Shown in pieces: positions 38,317-48,690 of a stretch of DNA of 64,000 nt. The notes under the pieces were generated by a model, which saw nothing but the letters and a program-made list of their open reading frames with translations, did not search any database and was not told where the DNA came from. This stretch comes from a virus. Lineage: Duplodnaviria > Caudoviricetes. The translations under genes were made by a program, and so were the position numbers. The stretch lies in the IMG/VR virus record IMGVR_UViG_3300033066_001054. The stretch is one strand, 5' to 3'. The first letter of the stretch is position 1, and every line of letters begins with the position of its first letter.

Positions 38317-41300
38317 ATGTGTAATAGCAAACAGAATTTCGTACACCTGCACAACCACACTTGGTATTCAGTCCAAGACGCATTGCCGTCACCAACCGAC
38401 CTTGCTATGACTGCCAGAAAAGAGGGCTTTCCAGCAGTGGCTATCACAGACCACGGCCGAATGGGCGGGTGTATTGAGTTTTTTGAGGCATGCAACAAGC
38501 CGATTGACGGCCTTGACCCAATTAAGCCAATTCTTGGCTGTGAGATGTACGTTGTTCCAGACCGCTTTGACAAAGACATGGTCGTGTACGAATACGGCAA
38601 CAAGCGACGGAGAAAGACATGGCACTTGACCATGTTGGCTAAGAACCAAACTGGATACCGCAATCTGCTGGCACTAAGTCGCCTCGGAGCAGAACAGGAC
38701 GCATATCACTACTTCCCACGTATTGACTGGGATGTGATTACAAAGCACAGCGAAGGCGTCATATGTTTAAGTGGGTGCTTGGGTTCCGAGGTTAATCAAC
38801 AGTTGTCTAGAGAAGACGTTGACGGCGCAAGAGAAACCATGCGTCGATACAAAGAGGTCTTTGGTGAAGACTATTATGGTGAGTTGCAATACCATGGTAT
38901 TGATTTACAAAAGCACAACTTGCCATTGTTACTTGACTTATGCAAAGAACTAGACATTAAGACTGCGTGTTCTAATGACATCCACTATCTACAGAAAGAA
39001 CAGTGGGAGCTGCATGACGTTCTGATTCACATGCGCGAATCACTTACCAAGGATAGTGCAGAGGTAAAAGAGAGCGGCAAGCGCGAAGCATACGGCAGCC
39101 ACGAGTTCTACATGAAAACAGAAGCGCAAATGCGCAAGATGTTCGGTAAGGTCGAAGAGTGTGTCGACAACACTCTGGAAATCGCAGACAAGGTCGAGAA
39201 TTTCATGAAGGTCAATGTGCCACACATGTTGCCCAGTGCAGAGATTCCAACCAATGACCAGATGTTCAATGATTTCAAGTCAAAGCACTATCCATATCAC
39301 AAACCAAACGAAGCATACCTTGCCTATTTGGCTATTACTGGACTAAAAGCACTTGGTCTAGTAGACAATCCTGTTTACAAGGCCAGACTGAAGTATGAAT
39401 TAACTACAGTATGGAACATGGGTGTAACAGACTACTTCTTGATTCAGCGCGAGCTGGCTGAATTTATGAAGCAAGCGCATATTCGATTTGGTATTCGTGG
39501 TTCTGGAGTCGCCAGTTTAATCAATTACTGTCTTGGAATCAGTGACATTGACCCGGTGCGATGGAATCTGATGTTTGAGCGATTTTTGAACCCAGGTCGT
39601 GGCACCAAATACAAGCTGGAGTTCCCAGAGAAGCCAGCCAAAGAATGGTTTGACGAACATGGAAAACAGCCCCAGCAAGAAGCGTGTGAGCGGATTAAAA
39701 CCGTTGCAAAGCAAGCGATATCCGAAGACGCCGGCCTCAAGCCACTGCAACCGCAGATTCAAAAGGAAATCTGGGCACTAGAGGGTCAAAAACTTGCTTC
39801 ATATATCTGTGACTTGGCAGACTCGGGATTCAAAACCGACAAAAACGCCCCAAATCTCTGGAGTGCATACTTCTTGGGTATAACGCCAGAGAAGCCAAAG
39901 GGTGATATGGTTGTTGGTCAGGTCGCGACGCTACCAGACGTTGACACCGATATTGACGACCGATATCGAGACACTGCTATTGAGTGGGCAAGAAGAAGGT
40001 TCGGAGATGAGCATGTAGCAATCGTTGGCAACTGGGGCACATACGCAATCAAGGCCGCTGTTACTGCTTGTTTGAAGAGCTCCAAGAAGTTCCAACAACG
40101 ATATGGTGAAAAGTCTCATATTGTTGCGCAATCAATCTCAAAGTCTATTGCGGTTCAGCCGGCACACACAGAAGACCCTGAGGAACCGCTGGAGTTTGCA
40201 CTCAAACAAAATCCAGACTTGCAACAGTATGTTAAACAGTTCCCAGACGAGTTTGATGCCGCACGCAAGTTGATTGGCGTAGTGTCAAATCTTGGTGTTC
40301 ATGCCTCTGCCGTTGTTATTGCCAGCGAGCCAATCAATTGGCACACGCCTCTCGAGCGCTCAAACAAAGGCATGGTCACAGCATATGACATGAACGATGT
40401 TGAAAAGATAGGGATGGTCAAATATGACTTTCTCGGTCTGGCCATGCACCAAAAGATTGAACGTGCTCTGAAGTATATCAAGGAGCGCCATGGCAAAGAG
40501 ATTGACTTGCGTAACATTCCAATGGACGACAAGAAGGTCTTGAATCTATTCAATGAAAAAAAGACCACAACGCTGTTCCAGTTTGGAAGCGATGGTATGA
40601 AGGATTCTTTGAGCAAGGTGCAAGTTAGTGATGTCGAAGACCTGATTGCTGTTGTGTCTTTGTTCAGACCAGGCCCGCTTCAGTTCATTCCCGACTACGC
40701 ATCATACAAGCGAAACCCTAACACTGTACGTTATCCACATGAAATCATCAAGCGACACCTTGGTGTTACATATGGCATCCCGGTGTACCAGGAACAGGTC
40801 ATGCTTGTCTGTAGAGACATGGCTAACTTCGACCACGATGAGGTCGACAGCATGCGCAAAGCTGTGTCAAAGAAGAATCCTGTAGCTTTTGAGAAATGCT
40901 GTAAACTCTTCAAAGACAAAGCAACTAAGGCTGGCATTGACGGTAAAGTCGTTGACATGACGCTGGAAAGCTGGAAAGGATTTGCTGGATACGCTTTTAA
41001 CCGAGCGCATGCCGCATCATATGCTATTTTGGCTTACCGTGGTGCTTACTTGAGAGCGTACTACCCGGTTGAATGGCTTGCGGCGTGTATTCAGACAGAC
41101 ATTACAGGCAACAAACAAGACAGGGTTGGTGACCACATTCACGAGTGTGATTCAGAGCGGCCGCGAATTGTGGTGTCCGGACCAGATGTCAATACATCCA
41201 AACTTGAAGTGTCCATTACTGAAAAGGATATCATAGTGTTGCCACTTACGTATATTAAGGGCATTGGTGCCAATGGGTGTGAATTCATGGATGGCGCTCC

Positions 41301-41616
41301 GTATGCAGACATCAAGGATTTCATCATACGCGGCGAACCATCAAGGACGATGCTTCGAAACCTGGCTGAAGCCGGCGCACTTAGAAGTTTGCCTGATTAC
41401 AAGGGCGGCGACATTGACAGATTCATGGAGCGCGTTGAACCATACTATGCAGAACTCGACAGTATAAAACGAGAGGCAAAGAAGGCTGAGAAACAGCGAT
41501 ATACTTCAATGTCACCGTTGCAAAAGACAAGCACTGCGACTGCGCGACCTGTTCGTCCTGCCGGTAAGCCGTTTAGGCCAAAATCCAAGCCGTCAATCTT
41601 GGATAGTTTTGAGTGA
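38317..41616 (+). CDS. dnaE: DNA polymerase III alpha subunit
   Basis: PHP domain (HLHNH, TDHG, NDIHY), RGSG, FERFLNP, PDVDTD, KYDFLGL, RPGP, YQEQ and FNRAH motifs. Confidence 0.96.
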   Translation: MCNSKQNFVHLHNHTWYSVQDALPSPTDLAMTARKEGFPAVAITDHGRMGGCIEFFEACNKPIDGLDPIKPILGCEMYVVPDRFDKDMVVYEYGNKRRRKTWHLTMLAKNQTGYRNLLALSRLGAEQDAYHYFPRIDWDVITKHSEGVICLSGCLGSEVNQQLSREDVDGARETMRRYKEVFGEDYYGELQYHGIDLQKHNLPLLLDLCKELDIKTACSNDIHYLQKEQWELHDVLIHMRESLTKDSAEVKESGKREAYGSHEFYMKTEAQMRKMFGKVEECVDNTLEIADKVENFMKVNVPHMLPSAEIPTNDQMFNDFKSKHYPYHKPNEAYLAYLAITGLKALGLVDNPVYKARLKYELTTVWNMGVTDYFLIQRELAEFMKQAHIRFGIRGSGVASLINYCLGISDIDPVRWNLMFERFLNPGRGTKYKLEFPEKPAKEWFDEHGKQPQQEACERIKTVAKQAISEDAGLKPLQPQIQKEIWALEGQKLASYICDLADSGFKTDKNAPNLWSAYFLGITPEKPKGDMVVGQVATLPDVDTDIDDRYRDTAIEWARRRFGDEHVAIVGNWGTYAIKAAVTACLKSSKKFQQRYGEKSHIVAQSISKSIAVQPAHTEDPEEPLEFALKQNPDLQQYVKQFPDEFDAARKLIGVVSNLGVHASAVVIASEPINWHTPLERSNKGMVTAYDMNDVEKIGMVKYDFLGLAMHQKIERALKYIKERHGKEIDLRNIPMDDKKVLNLFNEKKTTTLFQFGSDGMKDSLSKVQVSDVEDLIAVVSLFRPGPLQFIPDYASYKRNPNTVRYPHEIIKRHLGVTYGIPVYQEQVMLVCRDMANFDHDEVDSMRKAVSKKNPVAFEKCCKLFKDKATKAGIDGKVVDMTLESWKGFAGYAFNRAHAASYAILAYRGAYLRAYYPVEWLAACIQTDITGNKQDRVGDHIHECDSERPRIVVSGPDVNTSKLEVSITEKDIIVLPLTYIKGIGANGCEFMDGAPYADIKDFIIRGEPSRTMLRNLAEAGALRSLPDYKGGDIDRFMERVEPYYAELDSIKREAKKAEKQRYTSMSPLQKTSTATARPVRPAGKPFRPKSKPSILDSFE

Positions 41617-41620
41617 TATT

Positions 41621-42298
41621 ATGAGCGAATCAGAAACCGAAGTCGTTATTGAAGTTGAAATCCCACAAGATTTCAAATCGTTGATTCATGTAGATTCAAC
41701 AGCTCTTATAGCCCACATCATGAGCCTGGATGGAGTTCACGACTTCAACGAAGAGTTTATGATGTGGCAAGAGTATTTGTCTCGTTTGGAACAATATGAC
41801 GACGATACAATTAGTGAAAAGCTACGGGACGTAGACCTTACCAATCTAATGCCGCCAGAACGAAGCAATAGCGCAGAAAACGCATATCAGGCATATTACC
41901 GCCTTGTTGAAACCCAGAGATACCTTTACAGTCTTCAAAAACCGGTGTCAAACAGGGTTGAAATGCTCAAAGACGCCATCAAATCATTAAGGTCTGCTGC
42001 GCGTGGAATGTTTAAGGGTACAGATAAAGACAAAGAAGCCCATTCCGACAGAATGGTGCGCAATTTCACAGCCGAACTTAGCAGAGCAAAGTGCCTGCTT
42101 GGTTCAATCAATGCATCTATTGAGACTGTTGAGTTTGCGGCCATGCAGGCTTCCAGAGTTATCAAGGAAAAAGAGTTTGAACTCAAGGTTAACGGCTCGT
42201 ATACTTCGCAGGGCCAGTCAAGCATCTACAACAGGCATTTACAAGCTGAAGAAGAAGATGATGACAGCCCAGTTCCATCAAAATATCGCAGACAATAG
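41621..42298 (+). CDS. Hypothetical helical protein (possible recombination mediator)
   Basis: Helical ORF between dnaE and the ssb/recA genes. Function inferred from context only. Confidence 0.55.
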   Translation: MSESETEVVIEVEIPQDFKSLIHVDSTALIAHIMSLDGVHDFNEEFMMWQEYLSRLEQYDDDTISEKLRDVDLTNLMPPERSNSAENAYQAYYRLVETQRYLYSLQKPVSNRVEMLKDAIKSLRSAARGMFKGTDKDKEAHSDRMVRNFTAELSRAKCLLGSINASIETVEFAAMQASRVIKEKEFELKVNGSYTSQGQSSIYNRHLQAEEEDDDSPVPSKYRRQ

Positions 42299-42479
42299 TG
42301 AATTTCCTGGCACGATGTGCGATAAGTAGATTGTAGGCGAAAAAAGTCTACAAAGTCGGCAAGTCGAAGGGATTTCTTCGGAAAATCTTGTATAAGACTA
42401 ACGGCACGAAATAGACAGACGAGGAAATGCGGATGAATTCCAAAAGCCATTTCCACACTGCACATAGCCAGGAGAAAAC

Positions 42480-43478
42480 ATGTCATACAGTAACACAAAC
42501 CAACGCATTGCCCAGGGTCAAATGGGCGGCAACAATCGCAACAGCCTGAAAGACGGCTACGTCGACCTTAAGGTCAGCAAGGATGCCACCGAAAAGGAAG
42601 TTTGCATCCGTCTCATTGGTCTCCCCTACGCATTTACTCAGCATCAAGCTAAGACATACAATGAGGAGCTCAAAAAGCGAGTGGATTTTCCATTCCCCGA
42701 CCACGAAGAGAAGCAGAAGTTCTCAAGAAACTGGCTCAGTCCTGACACCAAGGACGACCGTTATCCAGATGTCAACCCATGGGCTGAAGCCGGATATTCG
42801 GGTTCTCTTCGATATGCACAAAACGTGCTGGTGAGAAACCCTGACGGTTCGTTCAGTGTCAAGATTCTTGAGAAGGGCAAGATGCTCTTCGACCAATTCA
42901 CAGACATCGAGAAGATGAACATGCGTCGCAATGAGCAACGCAAGAACAACAACTTGGTGACATGTCTTGGTGGAGAAGTCACCCACGACATTTACGTGCT
43001 TGCTCAGTTCAACCCCAAGAAGCCGTTGATTCCAGACCTTAAGGTGTCTCTCGAGACTGAAACCTGTGAAATCACAGACGAAGAAATCGAGGCACTGAAG
43101 AAAATCGGATACCCAACCGAAGAGGAACTCGAAGAACTGTTTGCTCGCGAACCATTCCTCGAAGAATTGCCTCGCTGGTTCTGGTATGGATACCAGCTTC
43201 ATCGCATCTATAAGCCAGACCTGTTCCCAGGTTCTGAAGAGGTAACTGGTCGTGCAACCACATCTCGTGGTGAACTCGACATGAGCGATGCCACGAACGA
43301 TGATGATGAAGAGGAAGCGAAGCCAGCGGCACGTTCTACTCGTTCGTCTTCGACGGCAACTGCTGTGGCTACAAAGCCGGCTTCTAAGACCGCACCGGCC
43401 AAAGCAACAAAGGCTGAGGAAACAACAGAGGACGAGAGTGCCTTTGATTCCGAAGAACCCAGCGAAGAAGACTGGTAA
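42480..43478 (+). CDS. Putative single-stranded DNA-binding protein (gp32-like)
   Basis: Directly upstream of recA; low-complexity linker and acidic tail ending EEDW; AGGAG SD. Confidence 0.65.
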   Translation: MSYSNTNQRIAQGQMGGNNRNSLKDGYVDLKVSKDATEKEVCIRLIGLPYAFTQHQAKTYNEELKKRVDFPFPDHEEKQKFSRNWLSPDTKDDRYPDVNPWAEAGYSGSLRYAQNVLVRNPDGSFSVKILEKGKMLFDQFTDIEKMNMRRNEQRKNNNLVTCLGGEVTHDIYVLAQFNPKKPLIPDLKVSLETETCEITDEEIEALKKIGYPTEEELEELFAREPFLEELPRWFWYGYQLHRIYKPDLFPGSEEVTGRATTSRGELDMSDATNDDDEEEAKPAARSTRSSSTATAVATKPASKTAPAKATKAEETTEDESAFDSEEPSEEDW

Positions 43479-43493
43479 TCTCGACACAAATCT

Positions 43494-43522
43494 AAGGGTG
43501 CCTGTTTCGACACGGCACCCTT
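43494..43522 (+). terminator. Hairpin after the ssb-like gene
   Basis: AAGGGTGCC-TGT-ttcg-ACA-C-GGCACCCTT with a weak U-tract. Confidence 0.55.
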
Positions 43523-43546
43523 ACTTGCCCAAAATGCACCAAAATT

Positions 43547-44785
43547 ATGTCAAAAAATAACACAAAAACAGAAAGCCAAGACTTGGCAAAACGCATAGAG
43601 GAGCGGAGAAAGGTCGTTGAGGCTCGTCAGAAGAAATACGGAATCCCAAAGAGCACACTGTTAGTTGGCGGAGAGCACGAGAAATACGATTTCGTACCGC
43701 TTGGTATTTCAGAAATCGACTCTAAGCTCAAGACCAAATCTATTACCGGAGAAGAACACTTTGGACTCTTGCGCGGTACTATTGTAGAGTTTTGCGGACC
43801 ATCTATGTCTGGTAAAACCTATGCCGCATATCATTTAGCCAAAGAACATCAGAAACTCGGTCTTAGGGTGCTCTTTGTCGATATTGAGCGCGGTTACTAT
43901 GAGCCACGGGCAGTACAGCTCGGGGTAAATATTGAAGACCCAGACCTTTGGGAAGTCCAGAAAGTCACGTTTGCCGCAGGTACAGTTGGCGACTATGTCG
44001 TTGAGTGTGTCAACAGCGGTGACTACGGACTCATTATTGTTGACTCAATTGCCACTCTTATCCCAGATGCTGACTTTGACAAGTCGCTAGAAGACAACGC
44101 CAAAGTGGGTGCTCACGCCATGTTCATGGGTCAGTTTTTGAGAAAGCTGGTCTCGAGCAAAATGGAAGAGAACTTGACCACTGTGGTACTCATCAATCAG
44201 TTCAGAACAGGTTCTGGCGCAATGCCTAACAGTTTCACAGACAAATCGTCTGGTGGTAAAGCTGTGGAGTACTGGTCTCGTATCAGACTATGGTTTGCTC
44301 GAATTGGCGGAAAAGACGGATGGGTAATGGATGGCAAAGGCAACCGCGTTGGCGGTCGTTCTCGATGCACCATCTACAAAACCAAAACAGGTGGCCAAGA
44401 CGAAATCGCAGAATTCCCTGTGTATTTTGTTCCTGCTGACAATGACTTGGTAGGAGAGTTCCTGCACAGAACAATCAACAACAAGGACTTCGAGGGCATT
44501 GTAACACACACTGCGCCTCGTGGAAGCCGTGAGAAGCTATTCCGATATGTTGATGAGACTACTGGCGAGCTTATTGCCACTCCAGACAAGTATGAGTTCT
44601 GTATTGCAATGATGCACGCTGGTCCGCCTGAAAAGCGACCGCGCACTGATAAATCAGACACCATGTTTGAGTACATGTGCGCCAGGTTGAAACTCAAGGA
44701 AGACCAGATTGAGGCACTTGTAGAGCGCATCAAAAACCCACCTGCTGATGATAATGACTCAGGTCTTGAAAGTGAACCAGACTAA
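43547..44785 (+). CDS. recA: RecA-like recombinase
   Basis: GPSMSGKT, DIE, IIVDSIA, INQFR and SGGKA motifs. Confidence 0.9.
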   Translation: MSKNNTKTESQDLAKRIEERRKVVEARQKKYGIPKSTLLVGGEHEKYDFVPLGISEIDSKLKTKSITGEEHFGLLRGTIVEFCGPSMSGKTYAAYHLAKEHQKLGLRVLFVDIERGYYEPRAVQLGVNIEDPDLWEVQKVTFAAGTVGDYVVECVNSGDYGLIIVDSIATLIPDADFDKSLEDNAKVGAHAMFMGQFLRKLVSSKMEENLTTVVLINQFRTGSGAMPNSFTDKSSGGKAVEYWSRIRLWFARIGGKDGWVMDGKGNRVGGRSRCTIYKTKTGGQDEIAEFPVYFVPADNDLVGEFLHRTINNKDFEGIVTHTAPRGSREKLFRYVDETTGELIATPDKYEFCIAMMHAGPPEKRPRTDKSDTMFEYMCARLKLKEDQIEALVERIKNPPADDNDSGLESEPD

Positions 44786-45533
44786 TGTCAATGGACAATC
44801 AATGATGGCGTCTTTCTGCCAGTCGCTGTCCCGTTCTCAGAGCGGGATGGCATATCTGGCAGAAAGAAACATCCCCGAGTCACTTGTTGAGCAAGGAATG
44901 CTCGGTTACATACCTCCCTATTCAAATCATTGGTTTCCATTGTTGAAGGGTAGACTAGTTACGCCTATTTGCGACGCCGCTGGTAACATCAAAGCACTAG
45001 CAGGAAGACAGTTGCCCTTTGCACGAGACTCTGTTGTTAAGGCATATCGAGAATATAACTCAAGCAAACAAGCACAAGAACTAATTGACAAATGGGACCG
45101 CGCAAAGTGGATAAACGAGCCATATCCAAAGCGCAAATTGCTTTACAACCTGCACCGCGCCAAAGAGTTTGCACGAGAGCGCGGATACATCAATCTGGTA
45201 GAGGGTTACCTAGACGCAGGAGTTTTGTCGTGCAAACACATGGAAAACACAGCAGCTTTGTGCGGAATCTCGTTAACAGAGCACCATGCTGCGATAATAT
45301 CTAGATACTGCGATACCGTCGTGCTTCTTTATGATGGCGACCAAGCGGGTGTAGACGCAGGGACTGAATCCAGACGGGTTGCAGAACAATATGACTTGAA
45401 ATGTCATGCAGTGTTGTTGCCAACTGGGTGGGACCCGGACGATTTTGTAGTGAAAAAGGGCGGCAAGAATTTGCGCCGAGCTATTGAGGGAATGATAGAA
45501 AGAAATGAGTACGAACTCGAAATCAAAATCTGA
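44748..45533 (+). CDS. DNA primase catalytic core (TOPRIM) lacking the zinc-binding domain
   Basis: YLAERNI, GRLVTPI, AGR, KWIN, LYNL, VEGYLD, YDGDQAG and DPDD motifs. Start uncertain. Confidence 0.88.
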   Translation: MIMTQVLKVNQTNVNGQSMMASFCQSLSRSQSGMAYLAERNIPESLVEQGMLGYIPPYSNHWFPLLKGRLVTPICDAAGNIKALAGRQLPFARDSVVKAYREYNSSKQAQELIDKWDRAKWINEPYPKRKLLYNLHRAKEFARERGYINLVEGYLDAGVLSCKHMENTAALCGISLTEHHAAIISRYCDTVVLLYDGDQAGVDAGTESRRVAEQYDLKCHAVLLPTGWDPDDFVVKKGGKNLRRAIEGMIERNEYELEIKI

Positions 45534-47247
45534 AGCAAAATTGCCGACTGAGTGGATTTACAAAGATGCCGACTACGGCACCACGTTGCGACTTGCACGA
45601 GACCTAAGAATGGTTCGGCCAGTTGCTGAAATCCTTGCCGGCAGGGGTTTTGAAGACGCACACCAGGTGCGTGAGTTCACCGAGTTTAACATCAGCCAGT
45701 TGCGCAATCCGATGTTATTACCGGATATGAAGCCAGCCTTGGAGCGACTTGAGGCGGCTCTAGATGCTGGAGAAAGCATATTTGTTTGGGGAGATTATGA
45801 TGTTGACGGAATCACCTCAACTGCCATTATCATCCACGGCATCAGAATGCTAGGCGGCGAGGTTCATTATTACATCCCGCATCGCATCAAGGACGGTTAT
45901 GATATCAAGCCAAAGGCGGTTGATATGGCATTAAGCAATAACTGCGGGTTGTTGATGTCTGTTGACTGTGGAATCAAGGCACTAGAAGTTGGTGAATACG
46001 CCAAAGAGAAAGGAATGGACTTGATTATCACAGACCACCACCATGCACGCACAGACGGACTTATTCCTGAGTGCATAGCTGTAATCAATCCAAACCGAAT
46101 TGACGCAACATATCCATTCAAAGGCATGGCTGGTTGCGGTATTGCGTTCAAGCTAATCGCACAGTTAGCAAAACGAAGAAAGTTTAGCGTACAGAAGATT
46201 TGCACTGAACTTCTAGAGTATGTTGCGCTTGGAACCATCGCAGACGTTGCACCAATGCTAGATGAGAACCGATACATGGTTCACACCGGGCTGACGCTCA
46301 TGGGCGATACTCAAAAGGCTGGTATGCGTGCGTTGTTGGATGAAGCCAATGTCAAGAACAGCGTAGACACCATGGCGGTTGGATTCAGACTTGGCCCGCG
46401 GCTCAATGCAATGGGTAGGATTGGCGATGCCACAGACTCACTGCATTTGATTCTTGAACAAAACCCACATCATGCCAGGCGGCTCGCAGAACAAGCCAGT
46501 CGTCTCAACAAGAATAGACAGGGTATGCAAGAGCAACAGTTGCGCGAAGCAATTGCGCTGGTAGAAGAATCACAATTGGACAATGACATTATTGTTGTGT
46601 CAAGCAATAATTGGCACCCTGGCGTTGTTGGTCTTATTGCAAGCCAATTAACACAGACATTTGGTCGACCAGCGATGGTTGGTGTTGATATGCCAAATGG
46701 AGAAACTAAAGGTTCATGTCGTTCATATAGAGATTTCCATATTCTCAATGCAATGGAGTCTGATGGTGTTCGCGAACTGTTTATCAAGTATGGCGGCCAC
46801 GCCATGGCCGCTGGGTTTGCAATCAAGACCGAAAAGATGCCAGAACTTATGGCTAATATCAATCAATACGCTAATGGTCAAATCCCAGAAGAGAAGGCCA
46901 GAGTGATTGAAATTGATGCCGAGGTTATGTTCAATGAAATCAACAACGCCTTGTATCTAGATTCCAAAAGACTGGAACCATATGGAAACGGGCATCCTTC
47001 TCCAATATTTGGCTGTGTTGAGGCATTGGTTCACAAGATTGATACCATTGGTGAAAAGCACCTTAAGCTGATATTCAAAGAGCCCAATGGAAACCAAACC
47101 ATTCAAGCAAGATGGTGGGGCAATGGTCCAAGGGTTAACGAGTTTCCAGTAGGCAGCAAGGTCACAATTGCATTCAAATTAGAGCATAGTGACTTCGGTG
47201 GTCAAGATTACTTACAAATGACTGTTGAAGACATGAAATTGTTGTAG
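45505..47247 (+). CDS. recJ: ssDNA-specific exonuclease RecJ
   Basis: GDYDVDG, VDCG, TDHH, GTIADV, PRLNAMGR and GGHAMAAG motifs. Confidence 0.96.
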   Translation: MSTNSKSKSEAKLPTEWIYKDADYGTTLRLARDLRMVRPVAEILAGRGFEDAHQVREFTEFNISQLRNPMLLPDMKPALERLEAALDAGESIFVWGDYDVDGITSTAIIIHGIRMLGGEVHYYIPHRIKDGYDIKPKAVDMALSNNCGLLMSVDCGIKALEVGEYAKEKGMDLIITDHHHARTDGLIPECIAVINPNRIDATYPFKGMAGCGIAFKLIAQLAKRRKFSVQKICTELLEYVALGTIADVAPMLDENRYMVHTGLTLMGDTQKAGMRALLDEANVKNSVDTMAVGFRLGPRLNAMGRIGDATDSLHLILEQNPHHARRLAEQASRLNKNRQGMQEQQLREAIALVEESQLDNDIIVVSSNNWHPGVVGLIASQLTQTFGRPAMVGVDMPNGETKGSCRSYRDFHILNAMESDGVRELFIKYGGHAMAAGFAIKTEKMPELMANINQYANGQIPEEKARVIEIDAEVMFNEINNALYLDSKRLEPYGNGHPSPIFGCVEALVHKIDTIGEKHLKLIFKEPNGNQTIQARWWGNGPRVNEFPVGSKVTIAFKLEHSDFGGQDYLQMTVEDMKLL

Positions 47248-47314
47248 TTTTTTAGGTCTCTGTATAAGCTATCTCCGCAGACACTATTAAAGTGTAGGCG
47301 ACGCACGGTCGCGT

Positions 47315-48286
47315 TTGGAGATATCAGTGGCAACAAAAACAAAAAGCAACAAGGAGACTGTTGCTTCAGCATATTATGACCATGCTGAACTAGAGTCTGA
47401 AATCCTAGCATATCAGCAATCTCTTGTGGACAAAGACACGATGTCACAGGAGCGTCATTTCAAGAACATTTGTGAGATTTACAAGCCGCACGAGTACATA
47501 CCAAAGTGGTACTCCCACTACAAGCATCTTTATGACTCACTAGAAGACTTCGAACAAGATTATATGCGCGTGTTTTGCACCACGCTTGCGGCATGGAAGC
47601 CACGCCATTTGCGCAAGCCGTCAAGATACGGTGGTAAAGGCCACTTCCAGAATTTCTTCTGGGGCGCACTGTCTCATGCATACATTAACGGGGTCAAATC
47701 CGAGGCCGCTGCTAAACGAAATCTACAACAACAATGCCCAATATGCGGTGACTGGTGCAATCCTTTGTCGACCCACTTGCTCAATAACCACATCGACATT
47801 TTATGGGAGCGATTGAATGAAATGGGTTACTCGATGACAGAACTGACTGGATGCCCGTTCTGTCGCTCGTTTAAGTTACCAAAACGCCAGGGACTCAACG
47901 ACGCTGAGTACAGAGAAAAGATTACTACAACTCTACGAAAGCACATGTCATCAATGCACAGCTCTGTATTGTTCGAGACATTCCATGAAAAATTCCCAGA
48001 ACACCTTACAGTAAGTGCTAAGGCAGTATCTGTTTACATCCACGATTCAGATAACGAGGAAGACGCAAATGCATACGATGGATTTGAGTCTAAGCCAGGA
48101 ATGGACAATCTGATGTCACTTAATTTGACACCATTACAGATATTGATTATTGAGCGCATTCTAAATGAGGGGTTAGTGCATTTGCACTATGACGCGCATT
48201 ATGAATGTACAGAAGAAGAATTCCAAGATGCATTGAGTGGCCTGCAAGATGCGTTGGTTATCGCAGGCATTGACACGGGTGTATAA
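47315..48286 (+). CDS. Divergent sigma-factor-like protein with two C2H2-like zinc fingers
   Basis: Region-2-like EDFEQD...LAAWKP...F.NFF..AL...YIN; CPIC..H...H and CPFC..H...H; region-4-like LTPLQ..II. Confidence 0.5.
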   Translation: MEISVATKTKSNKETVASAYYDHAELESEILAYQQSLVDKDTMSQERHFKNICEIYKPHEYIPKWYSHYKHLYDSLEDFEQDYMRVFCTTLAAWKPRHLRKPSRYGGKGHFQNFFWGALSHAYINGVKSEAAAKRNLQQQCPICGDWCNPLSTHLLNNHIDILWERLNEMGYSMTELTGCPFCRSFKLPKRQGLNDAEYREKITTTLRKHMSSMHSSVLFETFHEKFPEHLTVSAKAVSVYIHDSDNEEDANAYDGFESKPGMDNLMSLNLTPLQILIIERILNEGLVHLHYDAHYECTEEEFQDALSGLQDALVIAGIDTGV

Positions 48287-48288
48287 AC

Positions 48289-48690
48289 ATGAAAACAATG
48301 ACAGAAAATCCTGAAGAAATCATTTCAGAAATTGAAGCAGCCACGGCAGTTGAGCCGGGGCCCGGAAAAGACCCACAGGTCATCAGAGTTCGCGCCGGCG
48401 ACCCAAGAAGTGATGACCCCGACAAGAGACCAACAAACCCAGAAGGCCTGTCTCGAAGTATATTGCACGTGCTGAAAAAGCATGACTACGTGCAGGTTTA
48501 CTCAGTAGGGCCTAAGGCACTGAACATTACTATGGCAGGATATCGCGGCGCCAAAGAACGATTTACCAAGGTCTTAGATGGCTGGGTTTTGGTTTGTTCA
48601 CAGTCAGAATATGTTGCTGACATTGGTGGCAAAACCACTCTTGGAATCTGTACTAGGATTTACCCAATTCCCATCAAATTTGCGCAATAA
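48289..48690 (+). CDS. SpoVS-family (Alba-like) protein
   Basis: TNP..L..SI..VL......V.SVGPKALN resembles SpoVS. Confidence 0.7.
   Translation: MKTMTENPEEIISEIEAATAVEPGPGKDPQVIRVRAGDPRSDDPDKRPTNPEGLSRSILHVLKKHDYVQVYSVGPKALNITMAGYRGAKERFTKVLDGWVLVCSQSEYVADIGGKTTLGICTRIYPIPIKFAQ

Noticed and set aside
42723-43487. 254-aa antisense ORF (and similar ones at 7830-8414, 15432-15995, 26886-27422, 62514-63083)
   Set aside because: They are shadows of well-supported genes on the opposite strand and have no motifs.
28700-45533. Stop-codon reassignment as the cause of the split genes
   Set aside because: The halves are separated by whole genes, long genes are intact in the standard code, and TAA, TAG and TGA all end clear genes.
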